Positions 40,736 to 49,337 of a stretch of 64,000 nt of DNA are shown here, one piece after another. Position numbers and translations under genes: made by a program. This stretch comes from Nanobdellota archaeon (GTDB taxonomy: Archaea; Nanobdellota; Nanobdellia; Pacearchaeales; GW2011-AR1): contig JBBSXB010000003.1 in NCBI GenBank assembly GCA_038046005.1, positions 23,193-87,192 on the forward strand, in the 5' to 3' direction. The stretch's first letter is position 1. Each line of letters opens with the position of its first letter. The notes under the pieces are model-generated. The model ran no database searches, was not told the origin of the DNA, and worked only from the letters and a program-made list of their open reading frames with translations.

Positions 40736-40969
40736 CTATTTTTTTTGTATTTGTTTAATCAGCCAAAATATAAGTAAAATTATTGCTACTGTTATTAAAA
40801 TCATAAAAAACCAGCCAAATGCATTCATCCCATATCCTCCATAAAAACCCCCCATCATGCCGCTATAGCCCTCATAACCCATCATTCCATATCCAAAACC
40901 CCCAATTAACAGGAATGCAAATAATGCTACTAATACGATTATCAGAGTGTTATCATTTTTATTTTTCAC
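40736..40969 (-). CDS. Small two-TM protein with Gly/Met-rich loop
   Basis: GYGMMGY...GMMGGFYGGYGM between two hydrophobic helices. Confidence 0.75.
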   Translation of the reverse strand: MKNKNDNTLIIVLVALFAFLLIGGFGYGMMGYEGYSGMMGGFYGGYGMNAFGWFFMILITVAIILLIFWLIKQIQKK

Positions 40970-41324
40970 GGTTCATTTCCCTCAATATGTGTATACAATT
41001 TTCAGCCATGTGCTTTTCAATAATGTCCATCATGGGCTTTATAGTCTCTTCGTTTAACTCATAATACCTAAATTTTCCTTCACTTTCAACTTTTACAAAA
41101 CCACATTTTTTTAATCTTGCTAAATCATGCGAAACAGAAGTTTGATCCAAGCCTAACTCTTGCATAATTTCAGAAACATTCTTTTTCTCTTTTCTCAAAA
41201 AATTGATTATTTTCAGTCTTGACTCAGAGACAAGAGTTCCAAAAAATATTTTATACGCTCCATAAATCTCTTCTTCATTATATCCCTGGTGATGCATATG
41301 GTGCAGCATGTTTTTGTTTAACAT
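40959..41324 (-). CDS. ArsR/SmtB metalloregulator with His-rich N-terminus
   Basis: SRLKIINFL, NVSEI, QTSVSHDLARL, RYYEL; N-terminal HHMHH. Confidence 0.9.
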   Translation of the reverse strand: MLNKNMLHHMHHQGYNEEEIYGAYKIFFGTLVSESRLKIINFLRKEKKNVSEIMQELGLDQTSVSHDLARLKKCGFVKVESEGKFRYYELNEETIKPMMDIIEKHMAENCIHILREMNREK

Positions 41325-41343
41325 ATGACAACAGAAATCATAT
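41323..41343. promoter_or_regulatory. ArsR-type operator, copy 1
   Basis: ATATGA-N9-TCATAT overlapping the arsR start codon. Confidence 0.7.
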
Positions 41344-41369
41344 GACCTTTTAAATGTTTCTATGTTGCA

Positions 41370-41825
41370 TCATTCATTTTTTTTCAACATCCGTAGACTC
41401 ACAAGTAAAATTGCGACAACTAAAACCTGTATCTCAATTCCTTCAAACGGAAGACTGGCAAAGCTGAATGAAACACCAATAGCTCCAAAAATCAAAGGAA
41501 ATAATCCTGTGATACAGAGAGGGCAAATTCCTACGATAAGTCCGCCGACGCTGCCAACTCCTGCAGTTGCTATCCCTTCTCTGCATCTTTTTCTTTCCTT
41601 GTGTTTTATGTAAACTAGAACAGAATTAAATGCAACCAACAATCCTATTATTACTGTCAAGACTATAGAAACTCCAAGTTTGAACCAATCAATACTATTA
41701 GCATATTTGATTATCGCTGGAAGCGTGTTGTAAAATCCACTAAGAATAAAATTTAATAAAAGATATAAAATAAATATAAGAAACATCCAATAGACATATG
41801 GTTTTTGAAAAACTCTTTTTGTCAT
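41370..41825 (-). CDS. Four-TM membrane protein with intramembrane CxxC
   Basis: VGICPLCITG inside a hydrophobic segment. Confidence 0.75.
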   Translation of the reverse strand: MTKRVFQKPYVYWMFLIFILYLLLNFILSGFYNTLPAIIKYANSIDWFKLGVSIVLTVIIGLLVAFNSVLVYIKHKERKRCREGIATAGVGSVGGLIVGICPLCITGLFPLIFGAIGVSFSFASLPFEGIEIQVLVVAILLVSLRMLKKNE

Positions 41826-41830
41826 GTTGC

Positions 41831-42220
41831 CTATTCAACAACCAATGTTCCATAACCCATTCCCATCCCGCAGGCGAATTTATAAGTTCCTGCTTTTGTT
41901 GGGGTGAATTCAACATAGTCACTTGGAGATTGAAGGCTCTTTCTTACGTTAAGACTTGGGATAGTAAAAGTTCTATAACATCCAACAACACTTTTGTCTA
42001 AACTTATTCTGACGGGCTCTCCGGCTTTCACATTTACAGTGTTAGGATAATAATTATAGTCTTTTATGCTTAAAACTATATTTTGCATCTGACCTTGCTG
42101 AGTTATTGGGGGTATAGCAGAATTTCCTGTTGTACTGTCTCCTTTATCTTTGCCAAATACAAATATTCCTCCAACAACTAAAACTGCTAGAATAAATATT
42201 AAGTAAAAATGTGATTTCAT
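41831..42220 (-). CDS. Membrane-anchored cupredoxin-domain protein (start MKSHFY)
   Basis: YYPNTVNVKAGEPV, FTPTKAGTYKFACGMGM; ATGA overlap with the upstream gene. Confidence 0.88.
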   Translation of the reverse strand: MKSHFYLIFILAVLVVGGIFVFGKDKGDSTTGNSAIPPITQQGQMQNIVLSIKDYNYYPNTVNVKAGEPVRISLDKSVVGCYRTFTIPSLNVRKSLQSPSDYVEFTPTKAGTYKFACGMGMGYGTLVVE

Positions 42221-42696
42221 AATAATCCTCCACCACATCCACATCCTCCACCTGAACCCCCACAACTTGATCCAGCTGCAAGAGGTTGTTCAGCATATGT
42301 TGGTTTGCTTCCATCATTTTCCAAGACAGTGAAAGTTCCTTTGTACATATTCATTGAGCATGCAATATTAAAAGTCCCTGCTTTGTCAGGAGTAAATTCT
42401 ATTACATTATCATTGCTGTTTAAATTTTTTCTGATATTAGATGATGGTATGACCACTGATTTTGAGCATCCAGGCATTTTTGATATATCTCCCTCAATTC
42501 TTACAGGAACACCTTTTTTTACTGCTGACGGGGTTAAAACATAGCTCCCTCCTTCGACGTACATCTTTATGACTTGAACATTTCCTTGTGCAGGAAGCTT
42601 TTGTTCTGTTGCTGAAACACTTTGAGAAAGTATAAAATAGCCAACTAGAAGAATCATTAAAATGCTCAATACTCCAAATATCATGCTTTTTTTCAT
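42217..42696 (-). CDS. Membrane-anchored cupredoxin-domain protein with Cys/Gly tail (start MKKSM)
   Basis: FTPDKAGTFNIACSMNMYKG; tail GSSCGGSGGGCGCGGG. Confidence 0.88.
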   Translation of the reverse strand: MKKSMIFGVLSILMILLVGYFILSQSVSATEQKLPAQGNVQVIKMYVEGGSYVLTPSAVKKGVPVRIEGDISKMPGCSKSVVIPSSNIRKNLNSNDNVIEFTPDKAGTFNIACSMNMYKGTFTVLENDGSKPTYAEQPLAAGSSCGGSGGGCGCGGGLL

Positions 42697-43376
42697 CCGA
42701 ATAATAAACTCCTTGGCCCAAAGACCATCAGCCATGCAGTCGCTATAGTCAAAATAAAACTAATGACCATGGTCGAAAAGTGATCTGCAAAATGTTCTCT
42801 GTCTTTTTCCTTTGTCTCTCCGTAAATCATGTAGCTTAATCCAACTAATATCACTCCGCAGACAGTAAATATTACTATAGAAGCATATTTAAGATTATCG
42901 TTTAGCATCATAACTGCAGTCATTGCACCCATTAAGCCTCCCATAAATCCTGCCATTCCCCCTTCCATGAAACCCATTACCCCACAGCATAATCCATTCC
43001 AAATTCCTAATGCCATTCCAACTGCAATTCCAAAGATACTTCCCCAGAACATTCCGTTAGTTGCCCCAACAAAAAATCCTGCCAAAAATCCAGCAATCAT
43101 TCCTATTGTCATCCCAATCATCATTCCGCTCATACATCCAAAATACTTGTAAGCCTGGACCTGTCTGACTGTTGGAAGGATAAGAGCGTAGCTCAAAACC
43201 GCGAAAAACAGATAAAACCCATATTTTGGGATAAAATTTTCAATGAATCTGAACTTAAGATAATAAATCAAGGCCAGCAAAACAAATGATGTTATCAGAG
43301 ATATAAAAATAGTCTTGACAATTTCTCCCTCGACTCTCTTGCCATTTAACTCTTTGATAAATTCTTTTACTGCCAT
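42693..43376 (-). CDS. Met/Gly-rich multi-pass membrane protein, putative Cu(I) handling
   Basis: CMSGMMIGMTIGM, GLCCGVMGFMEGGMAGFMGGLMGAM. Confidence 0.75.
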   Translation of the reverse strand: MAVKEFIKELNGKRVEGEIVKTIFISLITSFVLLALIYYLKFRFIENFIPKYGFYLFFAVLSYALILPTVRQVQAYKYFGCMSGMMIGMTIGMIAGFLAGFFVGATNGMFWGSIFGIAVGMALGIWNGLCCGVMGFMEGGMAGFMGGLMGAMTAVMMLNDNLKYASIVIFTVCGVILVGLSYMIYGETKEKDREHFADHFSTMVISFILTIATAWLMVFGPRSLLFG

Positions 43377-43380
43377 TTTA

Positions 43381-43401
43381 ATATGCTTTTGCTTATCATA
43401 T
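43381..43401. promoter_or_regulatory. ArsR-type operator, copy 2
   Basis: ATATGC-N9-TCATAT just upstream of the start at 43376. Confidence 0.65.
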
Positions 43402-43552
43402 GAAAAATAAAAACATAAGTATTTAAAACTTCCGAAGATTTAAACGGTTAGCTTGATATCTGGTTTTTAATTAAGAAATTAAACCTATCAAAATAAAATA
43501 TTCTTAAATCCCGCATAAAATACATTTCAACTTGTTTATCTGACATACTCCC

Positions 43553-43801
43553 TTAATTAAAATATTTCAAGCAATCTTGTGTTTCTGCATGATGTCCTAA
43601 GTGTTCTTTCCAAGCAGTTATATCTTGTCCGGCTGGAGGCCTGCATTCTTCGGGCATGTTTGCGTAACTTCCAGAACTAACAGAATTAGCGCTGGCTTTC
43701 CCACCAAAATTTAGTTTAATAAGTCCAGCACTTACTAGGCCCAAAAATAAAACAAGAATTATTGCTGCTCCATAAATTATTACTTTATTGTCCATTAACA
43801 T
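43553..43801 (-). CDS. Small membrane-anchored Cys/His protein
   Basis: N-terminal TM; PEECRPP...WKEHLGHH...DCL. Confidence 0.7.
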   Translation of the reverse strand: MLMDNKVIIYGAAIILVLFLGLVSAGLIKLNFGGKASANSVSSGSYANMPEECRPPAGQDITAWKEHLGHHAETQDCLKYFN

Positions 43802-44275
43802 TTATCTCCTTACAGCTTTTACTTTTGTAAAAGATGTTTGCGGAATTTTTAATTCCAGCTTTGCCATCTTATTTTTGTGATGCAACATAAATCCAATTCC
43901 AAAAATACTCGAGGCTATTCCAATCGAAAAGAAAACTTTTTGGTAAGCCATTAAAAATGTAGCCAGTCCAGCTAGCCCAATAAACGGAATAATATTCAGT
44001 AAAAAATGAGAGCAGCAAACAACCATGCTTCCTCCAGAAACTGTTCCAGATGCTACAACTCCTGCGCTTATTCTAGCATCATACTTTATTGATAAATACA
44101 GACCTATCTGTGTTCCAAATCCTATTGCCAAAGGAATAAGCCAATACCATAATCTTTTGAACTCGTATATTGCAATTCCGTAACCTTGAAATATAATAAG
44201 TATTAGCATAAAAAATAATAATATTCCTGCTCCAGATAAAATTCCGTAAATCAATGCTTTTTTATTAATTTTCAT
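43802..44275 (-). CDS. Membrane protein with CCxH motif
   Basis: GFGTQIGL, SMVVCCSH; about four TM segments. Confidence 0.75.
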   Translation of the reverse strand: MKINKKALIYGILSGAGILLFFMLILIIFQGYGIAIYEFKRLWYWLIPLAIGFGTQIGLYLSIKYDARISAGVVASGTVSGGSMVVCCSHFLLNIIPFIGLAGLATFLMAYQKVFFSIGIASSIFGIGFMLHHKNKMAKLELKIPQTSFTKVKAVRR

Positions 44276-44282
44276 TTTAGTC

Positions 44283-44420
44283 TTACATTATGCTAAGTAA
44301 ACTAACAACTAATAATCCAATAATAATTATTACAATTGCTATAACTTTCCAAGATACTTTCTTTTCTTCTTCTTGGCTGTCGTTATTTAAAGAAGAGTTT
44401 TGATTTTGACAGCAGTTCAC
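44283..44420 (-). CDS. 45-aa membrane peptide with N-terminal CC (not in ORF track)
   Basis: GTG start 1 bp after the upstream stop: MNCCQNQNSSLNNDSQEEEKKVSWKVIAIVIIIIGLLVVSLLSIM. Confidence 0.6.
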   Translation of the reverse strand: MNCCQNQNSSLNNDSQEEEKKVSWKVIAIVIIIIGLLVVSLLSIM

Positions 44421-44421
44421 T

Positions 44422-44622
44422 TTACACCCCATTATGTTGGTTATGATTAGAATGGCCTCGCATCATCCATACATGAGCCCCAATCATCATTAAAACAACA
44501 AAGGCAAGAGTCCATTGAGAGGATACACCAAATTTTGGTAGTATTAAAAATAACAACATCGGAGCTAAGTGAGCCACTGTCATAATTATCATGTGTTTAG
44601 AATGATTATTTTCATGCATCAT
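44422..44622 (-). CDS. Small two-TM His/Met-rich protein
   Basis: HSKHMIIM...HVWMMRGHSNHNQH. Confidence 0.7.
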   Translation of the reverse strand: MMHENNHSKHMIIMTVAHLAPMLLFLILPKFGVSSQWTLAFVVLMMIGAHVWMMRGHSNHNQHNGV

Positions 44623-44623
44623 T

Positions 44624-45082
44624 TTAGTTCATTTCTCCATAAACTGTATCATTGCTCAATTTTTGCCCAGCATATTTTTCTTCTAGTTTAGATTTTACTT
44701 CATCTTTTGTTTTTCCTTCGTTGTAAAGGCCCTTGGCGTACAAAGCGTCTTCGTAACACAAACCACATTCGCTGGCATGGGCATCCCATTTTCCTCCGCT
44801 ATTAACATCTCCTTGCATGAAGCAGTCTAATAATCCACGGGAGTGAATTCTGCTTCCATGGGCTTCCGCACCCTCAGGAGTCCCACAACCACAATTGCAT
44901 GGCAGACCATCAAGCCTTTCCTGGTTTAGTTTTGCATAGGAATACGCTTCTTTTATTTGGGGTTTTAACATTGCATAATTTGGCAGATTCATGGGGTTTG
45001 CATAAGCCATTTTGATCAAAAAAATCCCGCCGACTATACTAATTATCAAAATTCCAATCCAGATATAATTATAATTTTTCAT
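44624..45082 (-). CDS. PCYCGC-motif protein, membrane anchored
   Basis: EAY, LPCNCGC, H...LLDCF, WDAHASECGLC. Confidence 0.85.
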   Translation of the reverse strand: MKNYNYIWIGILIISIVGGIFLIKMAYANPMNLPNYAMLKPQIKEAYSYAKLNQERLDGLPCNCGCGTPEGAEAHGSRIHSRGLLDCFMQGDVNSGGKWDAHASECGLCYEDALYAKGLYNEGKTKDEVKSKLEEKYAGQKLSNDTVYGEMN

Positions 45083-45084
45083 TT

Positions 45085-45561
45085 TTACTCCTTGCAGCAC
45101 TCCAGAAATTTTTTTACTGATGTAAAAATTCCTTTTTCATTTTTATTTTCTATTTTTATCTTATCTTCAGACTGTAAATTCAGTTTCCAGAACAAGCCAT
45201 AAAGTTCAGCAGCATCTTTATACAACTCTTTTGCCTCTTTTGTTTTTCCTTCTCTAAGAAGTCTGTTCCCAACCTCATACAATCTCATGCTTGAAGCAAG
45301 GAAATGCTTGCTCATGCACCATTTCTCACTTTCATCATCTTTTTTAACTATCAAAGCAAGAAGTTTTTCTCTCAACTCTCTGACTTCATTTAATATTTCA
45401 AGATATTTATCTTCATTTGTTTTTACATAGCTGAAAAAAGCATGTTCCTCTAAACTGACTAGGTTCATGATGCTGATGCTTAAGTCTTCCCAAGCTGAAA
45501 TATCCAGACTTTCTTTTCCCTTTATTTCTTCTATTTTTTTTATAAAATTTTTTGTTTCCAT
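45085..45561 (-). CDS. Helical protein with C-terminal CC
   Basis: EDLSISIMNLVSLEEH, WCMSKH; ends ECCKE. Confidence 0.75.
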   Translation of the reverse strand: METKNFIKKIEEIKGKESLDISAWEDLSISIMNLVSLEEHAFFSYVKTNEDKYLEILNEVRELREKLLALIVKKDDESEKWCMSKHFLASSMRLYEVGNRLLREGKTKEAKELYKDAAELYGLFWKLNLQSEDKIKIENKNEKGIFTSVKKFLECCKE

Positions 45562-45562
45562 A

Positions 45563-46111
45563 TCAAAATATTACTAAAAACAAAATAGCGTTTAGTACTA
45601 AACCTCCAAATGTAAATATTATTGTTTGATAATTAAACAGGACTCTTCCTTTTTTTTGTTTTACCTTATTGCTGAATGAAAATGCCAAAAGAGAGACCAG
45701 GCTTCCGGACAAAGTTCCAAAAACAATTTTTTCTATCCCAAAAATCCTATACACATTACCTAATCCGAAAAGGCCGGCATAATAAAAACTCAAGAATGTT
45801 AATACAAATGTTGCTGCAGTTATACTGGAAATCCTTAAAAATGGGCTTCCTCCGATATTTTTCTTTTTCAGTATGTTATTCACCCATAATGCGCTTGAAA
45901 TTATCATTGCTCCAACAAAGATTCCTATTATTGAGTCATCCATTCCCAAAGACCTTGTTACTCCGACACCAATAATTGTTGCTCCTGTGCATAATGGGCA
46001 GTGGGCCATGACTCTTGGTATGACTGCAATTATGCTGATCAATGGCATAAGTAGCAAAGCTAATATTTTGTTTTTCTTCCGTTGTTTATCTTGCGCGTTT
46101 ATCTTTGTCAT
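45563..46111 (-). CDS. Multi-pass membrane protein with N-terminal HCPLC
   Basis: Signal-like segment, then AHCPLCTG, then four TM segments. Confidence 0.75.
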   Translation of the reverse strand: MTKINAQDKQRKKNKILALLLMPLISIIAVIPRVMAHCPLCTGATIIGVGVTRSLGMDDSIIGIFVGAMIISSALWVNNILKKKNIGGSPFLRISSITAATFVLTFLSFYYAGLFGLGNVYRIFGIEKIVFGTLSGSLVSLLAFSFSNKVKQKKGRVLFNYQTIIFTFGGLVLNAILFLVIF

Positions 46112-46171
46112 ATTTCTTCCTATTATTATTTACTATAAATTAAAAAATTAAAAAATAAAATTTAAAATTGG

Positions 46172-46408
46172 CTAACAGCCTCCGACCATTCCAGCCCCTG
46201 CAGATGTGCTTGGTGCACTGCCCTGAGCTTTTGCAGGAACTACTCCATGCATTTCATAGTTCATTTTTTCGTTTTCTGTCCAGCCAGATGTGTCAATTTT
46301 TTCATTTCCACTTCCTTCTGCACTTATAGTTGACACTTTAAATGTCAAAAAGAGCACTACTAAAAACAACCCACCTATCACTATCCACATAAATGTTTTT
46401 CTTTCCAT
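46172..46408 (-). CDS. Membrane-anchored peptide ending GMVGGC
   Basis: GGAGG SD, N-terminal TM, C-terminus AGAGMVGGC. Confidence 0.8.
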   Translation of the reverse strand: MERKTFMWIVIGGLFLVVLFLTFKVSTISAEGSGNEKIDTSGWTENEKMNYEMHGVVPAKAQGSAPSTSAGAGMVGGC

Positions 46409-46503
46409 ATTGAACCTCCTTTCATGTTTTGTATTTTCATTTTTATCATGTTTTTTCTCTCATTATCTTTAAAATAAAAAAATAAAAAAATAAAAAATTG
46501 TTT

Positions 46504-47211
46504 TTAGCAACCCCCAACCATTCCTCCTCCAGCTGGTTGTGTTTGGCCTTTTTCTGCTCCTCTATACAAGTTGCTTGCTAAGTTGATGTAGTTTGTTGGA
46601 TCTACTCCTTTGGCTGTTAAAGCTTGAGCCTTTTGTTCATGAACCCCTGGAAAGAACAAAACTTTCCATTTTCCAAGTTCATTTAATATTTGTTCATCAG
46701 TTATGTCAGGATGTTTAGTTAGCAAATATTTTGCCAATCCCCTCATTGCATAACTATGTGCGCATCCACAAGCTCTTTGCCCATTGCTAAATACAAGACT
46801 TTGTGCACCACAGCAATACTCACAAGCGATTGAGCTACCTATTTTCACATATCGCTTCATTTGTGTTTCATCTAACTGCATATCTTCATAAGCAGTCAAC
46901 TTTTGAATTGCTGCCTCAGTTGACTGGGCGTTGTTTGCAGAAACATCGTCATACTTAACTTTAAGTTCTGTTCCATACACCTCTGGAACTCCTTGGGGTA
47001 TTATCTTAGACGCAGAAACAACTCCGGGCACAGTTGCTATAGACCCGCCAGTTGTGCTATCGATGCTGGAAATCTTTCCCACATCGTAAACTATCAATAA
47101 GGCGAGAACAGCTACAAGGGCAATTTGTATTGCAAACTCATAGTTAAACTTTTTTTCTTTGTGTTCTATTTTGTTTTCATTTTTTTCCATTTTATTATTG
47201 CAACAATCCAT
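46504..47211 (-). CDS. Membrane-anchored Cys-rich protein ending GMVGGC (start MDCC)
   Basis: TM; ACEYCCGA...ACGCAHS; C-terminus AGGGMVGGC. Confidence 0.82.
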   Translation of the reverse strand: MDCCNNKMEKNENKIEHKEKKFNYEFAIQIALVAVLALLIVYDVGKISSIDSTTGGSIATVPGVVSASKIIPQGVPEVYGTELKVKYDDVSANNAQSTEAAIQKLTAYEDMQLDETQMKRYVKIGSSIACEYCCGAQSLVFSNGQRACGCAHSYAMRGLAKYLLTKHPDITDEQILNELGKWKVLFFPGVHEQKAQALTAKGVDPTNYINLASNLYRGAEKGQTQPAGGGMVGGC

Positions 47212-47216
47212 TTTAG

Positions 47217-47387
47217 TTAACAACCTCCAACCATTCCACTTGAAGCCGAAGTTGCTGCTGCCTGAGTTGTTTGCACTGCTGTGCTGACATCAACATTCCC
47301 CGATCCAAGTTTAAACGTTAGGAACAAAGTAGCTATGAACAATACAGCTATTACTCCCCACAATACCGTTTTTCCTTTTATTTCCAT
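47217..47387 (-). CDS. 56-aa membrane-anchored peptide ending GMVGGC (not in ORF track)
   Basis: AAAGGAGG SD; MEIKGKTVLWGVIAVLFIATLFLTFKLGSGNVDVSTAVQTTQAAATSASSGMVGGC; paralog of 46172-46408. Confidence 0.8.
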   Translation of the reverse strand: MEIKGKTVLWGVIAVLFIATLFLTFKLGSGNVDVSTAVQTTQAAATSASSGMVGGC

Positions 47388-47481
47388 GTTGTCCTCCTTT
47401 CAATTGTCTAATGAAGTTAAACATGCGGCTGGTTTTGTTTTCCATGCTTTTTTTAAGAAATAGAATTATATATGCTCTTTT

Positions 47482-47497
47482 GTGAAACTAGTTTCAC
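47482..47497. promoter_or_regulatory. Perfect 16-bp palindrome, candidate operator of the GMVGGC operon
   Basis: GTGAAACTAGTTTCAC, just downstream (minus sense) of a TTAAAAA TATA-like element. Confidence 0.6.
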
Positions 47498-47571
47498 TAT
47501 GATCTTTTTAAAGAAAATATAAGAAAAATGTGAATTTAAATAAAAATAAAGAAACAGAAAAAATTAATTTT

Positions 47572-47838
47572 TTAAGAAAATTTATTGTAGATTATGGCAA
47601 AAAACCATCCTATTATCCATCCAAGAACAAAAGCTTCAATCAAACCAATTATTATGCTTCCCAAGGAAACAGATGTTTTTGCTATTTGTGTTATATCAAT
47701 TCCATGAAAGATATTGCTAAAGATGCTCGTTGCTGTCCCTGGAAAAACTAAGACAAAAACCGCGCATAAAAATGATACTCCTACAAAAACAACTCCAAGC
47801 GTGTTAGCAACTCTTTTTGGATTTAATTTATCAGCCAT
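47572..47838 (-). CDS. Two-TM protein, DUF5676-like
   Basis: FLCAVF, NIFHGID, GWFFAIIYN; GGAGG SD. Confidence 0.75.
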   Translation of the reverse strand: MADKLNPKRVANTLGVVFVGVSFLCAVFVLVFPGTATSIFSNIFHGIDITQIAKTSVSLGSIIIGLIEAFVLGWIIGWFFAIIYNKFS

Positions 47839-47976
47839 TTTTTCCTCCTTTCAACTTTTTTCTTTTTGTTTATTTCAAAATTGCATAGTTTATTTTTATT
47901 GCATTCATCTCTACATTTGTACCAACCACTTAACTTATTTAGCCTTTTCATCTTGAATATGCATCACAAAATATTA

Positions 47977-48477
47977 TTAATTCTCTTTTAGCACAACAAC
48001 ATTAGTCATGCCCCTTCTCTTTCTTTCAACAAGGCCTTTCCCTTCCAATCTATCAATAATTCTGGACATCTTGGCTTTGCCAAACTCTGTTTTTTCAATT
48101 AAATCTGCCTGGAAAACTGCCCCTTGTTCTTCTATTATTTTATAGACTGTTTTATCCTCACGACGTAGGTCTGTCACATCAATTTTTTTCCCTTTTTCTG
48201 GTTTTATTTTCTTAATGACTATTCTCTCATTTGGCTTTGAAAAAATTAAAAACAAACTAAAAATAATCAACACACCTATAATGCCCAAGGCTAGATATGT
48301 TTGATAATTTACAGAATCATACATCTCACAGGATACAATATTCCCATGCTGTATAAAACAGCTATTTTGTACGGACTCAGTTAAAGTATTATTGAATAAA
48401 TAAGTAAAAACTATGAGCAAAGCAGATATTCCTAGCAATAGCCAGCCAACATTTTTATTTTCCATTCTTATCCCCAT
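47977..48477 (-). CDS. Membrane-tethered transcription regulator (2 TM + C-terminal wHTH)
   Basis: Loop SCFIQHGNIVSC between the TMs; FQADLIEKTEFGKAKMSRIIDRLEGKGLVERKRRGMTN. Confidence 0.82.
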   Translation of the reverse strand: MGIRMENKNVGWLLLGISALLIVFTYLFNNTLTESVQNSCFIQHGNIVSCEMYDSVNYQTYLALGIIGVLIIFSLFLIFSKPNERIVIKKIKPEKGKKIDVTDLRREDKTVYKIIEEQGAVFQADLIEKTEFGKAKMSRIIDRLEGKGLVERKRRGMTNVVVLKEN

Positions 48478-48492
48478 TACAACCTAATTTGA

Positions 48493-48513
48493 GTATGCTT
48501 TTGTTTATCATAT
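48493..48513. promoter_or_regulatory. ArsR-type operator, copy 3
   Basis: GTATGC-N9-TCATAT; 19/21 identical to 43381-43401. Confidence 0.65.
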
Positions 48514-48596
48514 GTTATCACCATACATGTGACTATTTAAAGTTTTCTCTAAGGGCAAAAAATTAAGAATTAAAATTATAAAGTAAAAATAAAAAA

Positions 48597-49337
48597 TTAA
48601 GCAGCTAAAGCAGCGTCAATGGCCTGTTGGAATGCAGTAAAAGGTTGTGCACCACTTATTAATTTACCATTTACAAAAAATGCGGGTGTTCCTTGAACTC
48701 CATAGCTTTGACCTTCCGTAGAATCTTTCTGAACTTCTAAGGCTGTTTCTCCAGAATCTAGACAAGTGGCAAACTTAGTTGCGTCAAGTCCTAATTCCTG
48801 TGCATATTTTTTCAAACTAGGGACATCCAAAGCTCCCTGATTTGCAAAAAGTTTATCATGCATCTTGAAATATACAACATCTCCCCCTTGTTTCCTGGCA
48901 CATTCTACAGCTTCTGCGGCTTTTTGTGCAAAAGGATGAATACTATTCAAGGGAAAGTCTCTGAAGACTAATCTTGCTTTTCCAGTATCAATATAGTTCT
49001 TTTGTATCTGGGGCAAAGTGTCTGTCCAGAATCTTCCACAGAATGGACATTGGTAATCAGAAAATTCAACTATTGTAACCTTGGCATCTTTTTTTCCAGT
49101 CATTGCATCATCATCAATGCTTACTTTCACAGCGCTTGGTGTTGGTGCTGTAGGATTTGCAGTAGGTGTTGGTGCAACAGCTGCTCCTGTAGTTGGAGCT
49201 CCATTTTTTCCCAATCCGAAACCCCCTGTGAAAAGACTTACCACTAAAAGTGCAGCGAAAACAAAAGCCGCTCCTTTCCATAAGCTATCTTTTTTTATGG
49301 TTATTGCCCCACTTTCTTCGTTTTTTTCTTCACTCAT
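48597..49337 (-). CDS. Membrane-anchored DsbA-family thiol-disulfide oxidoreductase
   Basis: EFSDYQCPFC, RDFPL, GVQGTPAFFVNG, GAQP. Confidence 0.92.
   Translation of the reverse strand: MSEEKNEESGAITIKKDSLWKGAAFVFAALLVVSLFTGGFGLGKNGAPTTGAAVAPTPTANPTAPTPSAVKVSIDDDAMTGKKDAKVTIVEFSDYQCPFCGRFWTDTLPQIQKNYIDTGKARLVFRDFPLNSIHPFAQKAAEAVECARKQGGDVVYFKMHDKLFANQGALDVPSLKKYAQELGLDATKFATCLDSGETALEVQKDSTEGQSYGVQGTPAFFVNGKLISGAQPFTAFQQAIDAALAA

Noticed and set aside
46172-47219. Selenocysteine readthrough after the GGC termini (thioredoxin-reductase-like GCUG)
   Set aside because: The stops are TAG, TAA and TAA; none is TGA.
47212-47230. GMVGGC conserved only because GGAGGT acts as the SD for the next gene
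   Set aside because: Possible for this copy, but the other two copies are followed by T-rich tracts and use different codons.
47823-47951. 42-aa Cys-containing ORF (MKRLNKLSGWYKCRDEC...) upstream of the DUF5676-like gene
   Set aside because: Short, low complexity and without a clear SD; cannot be supported without homologs.
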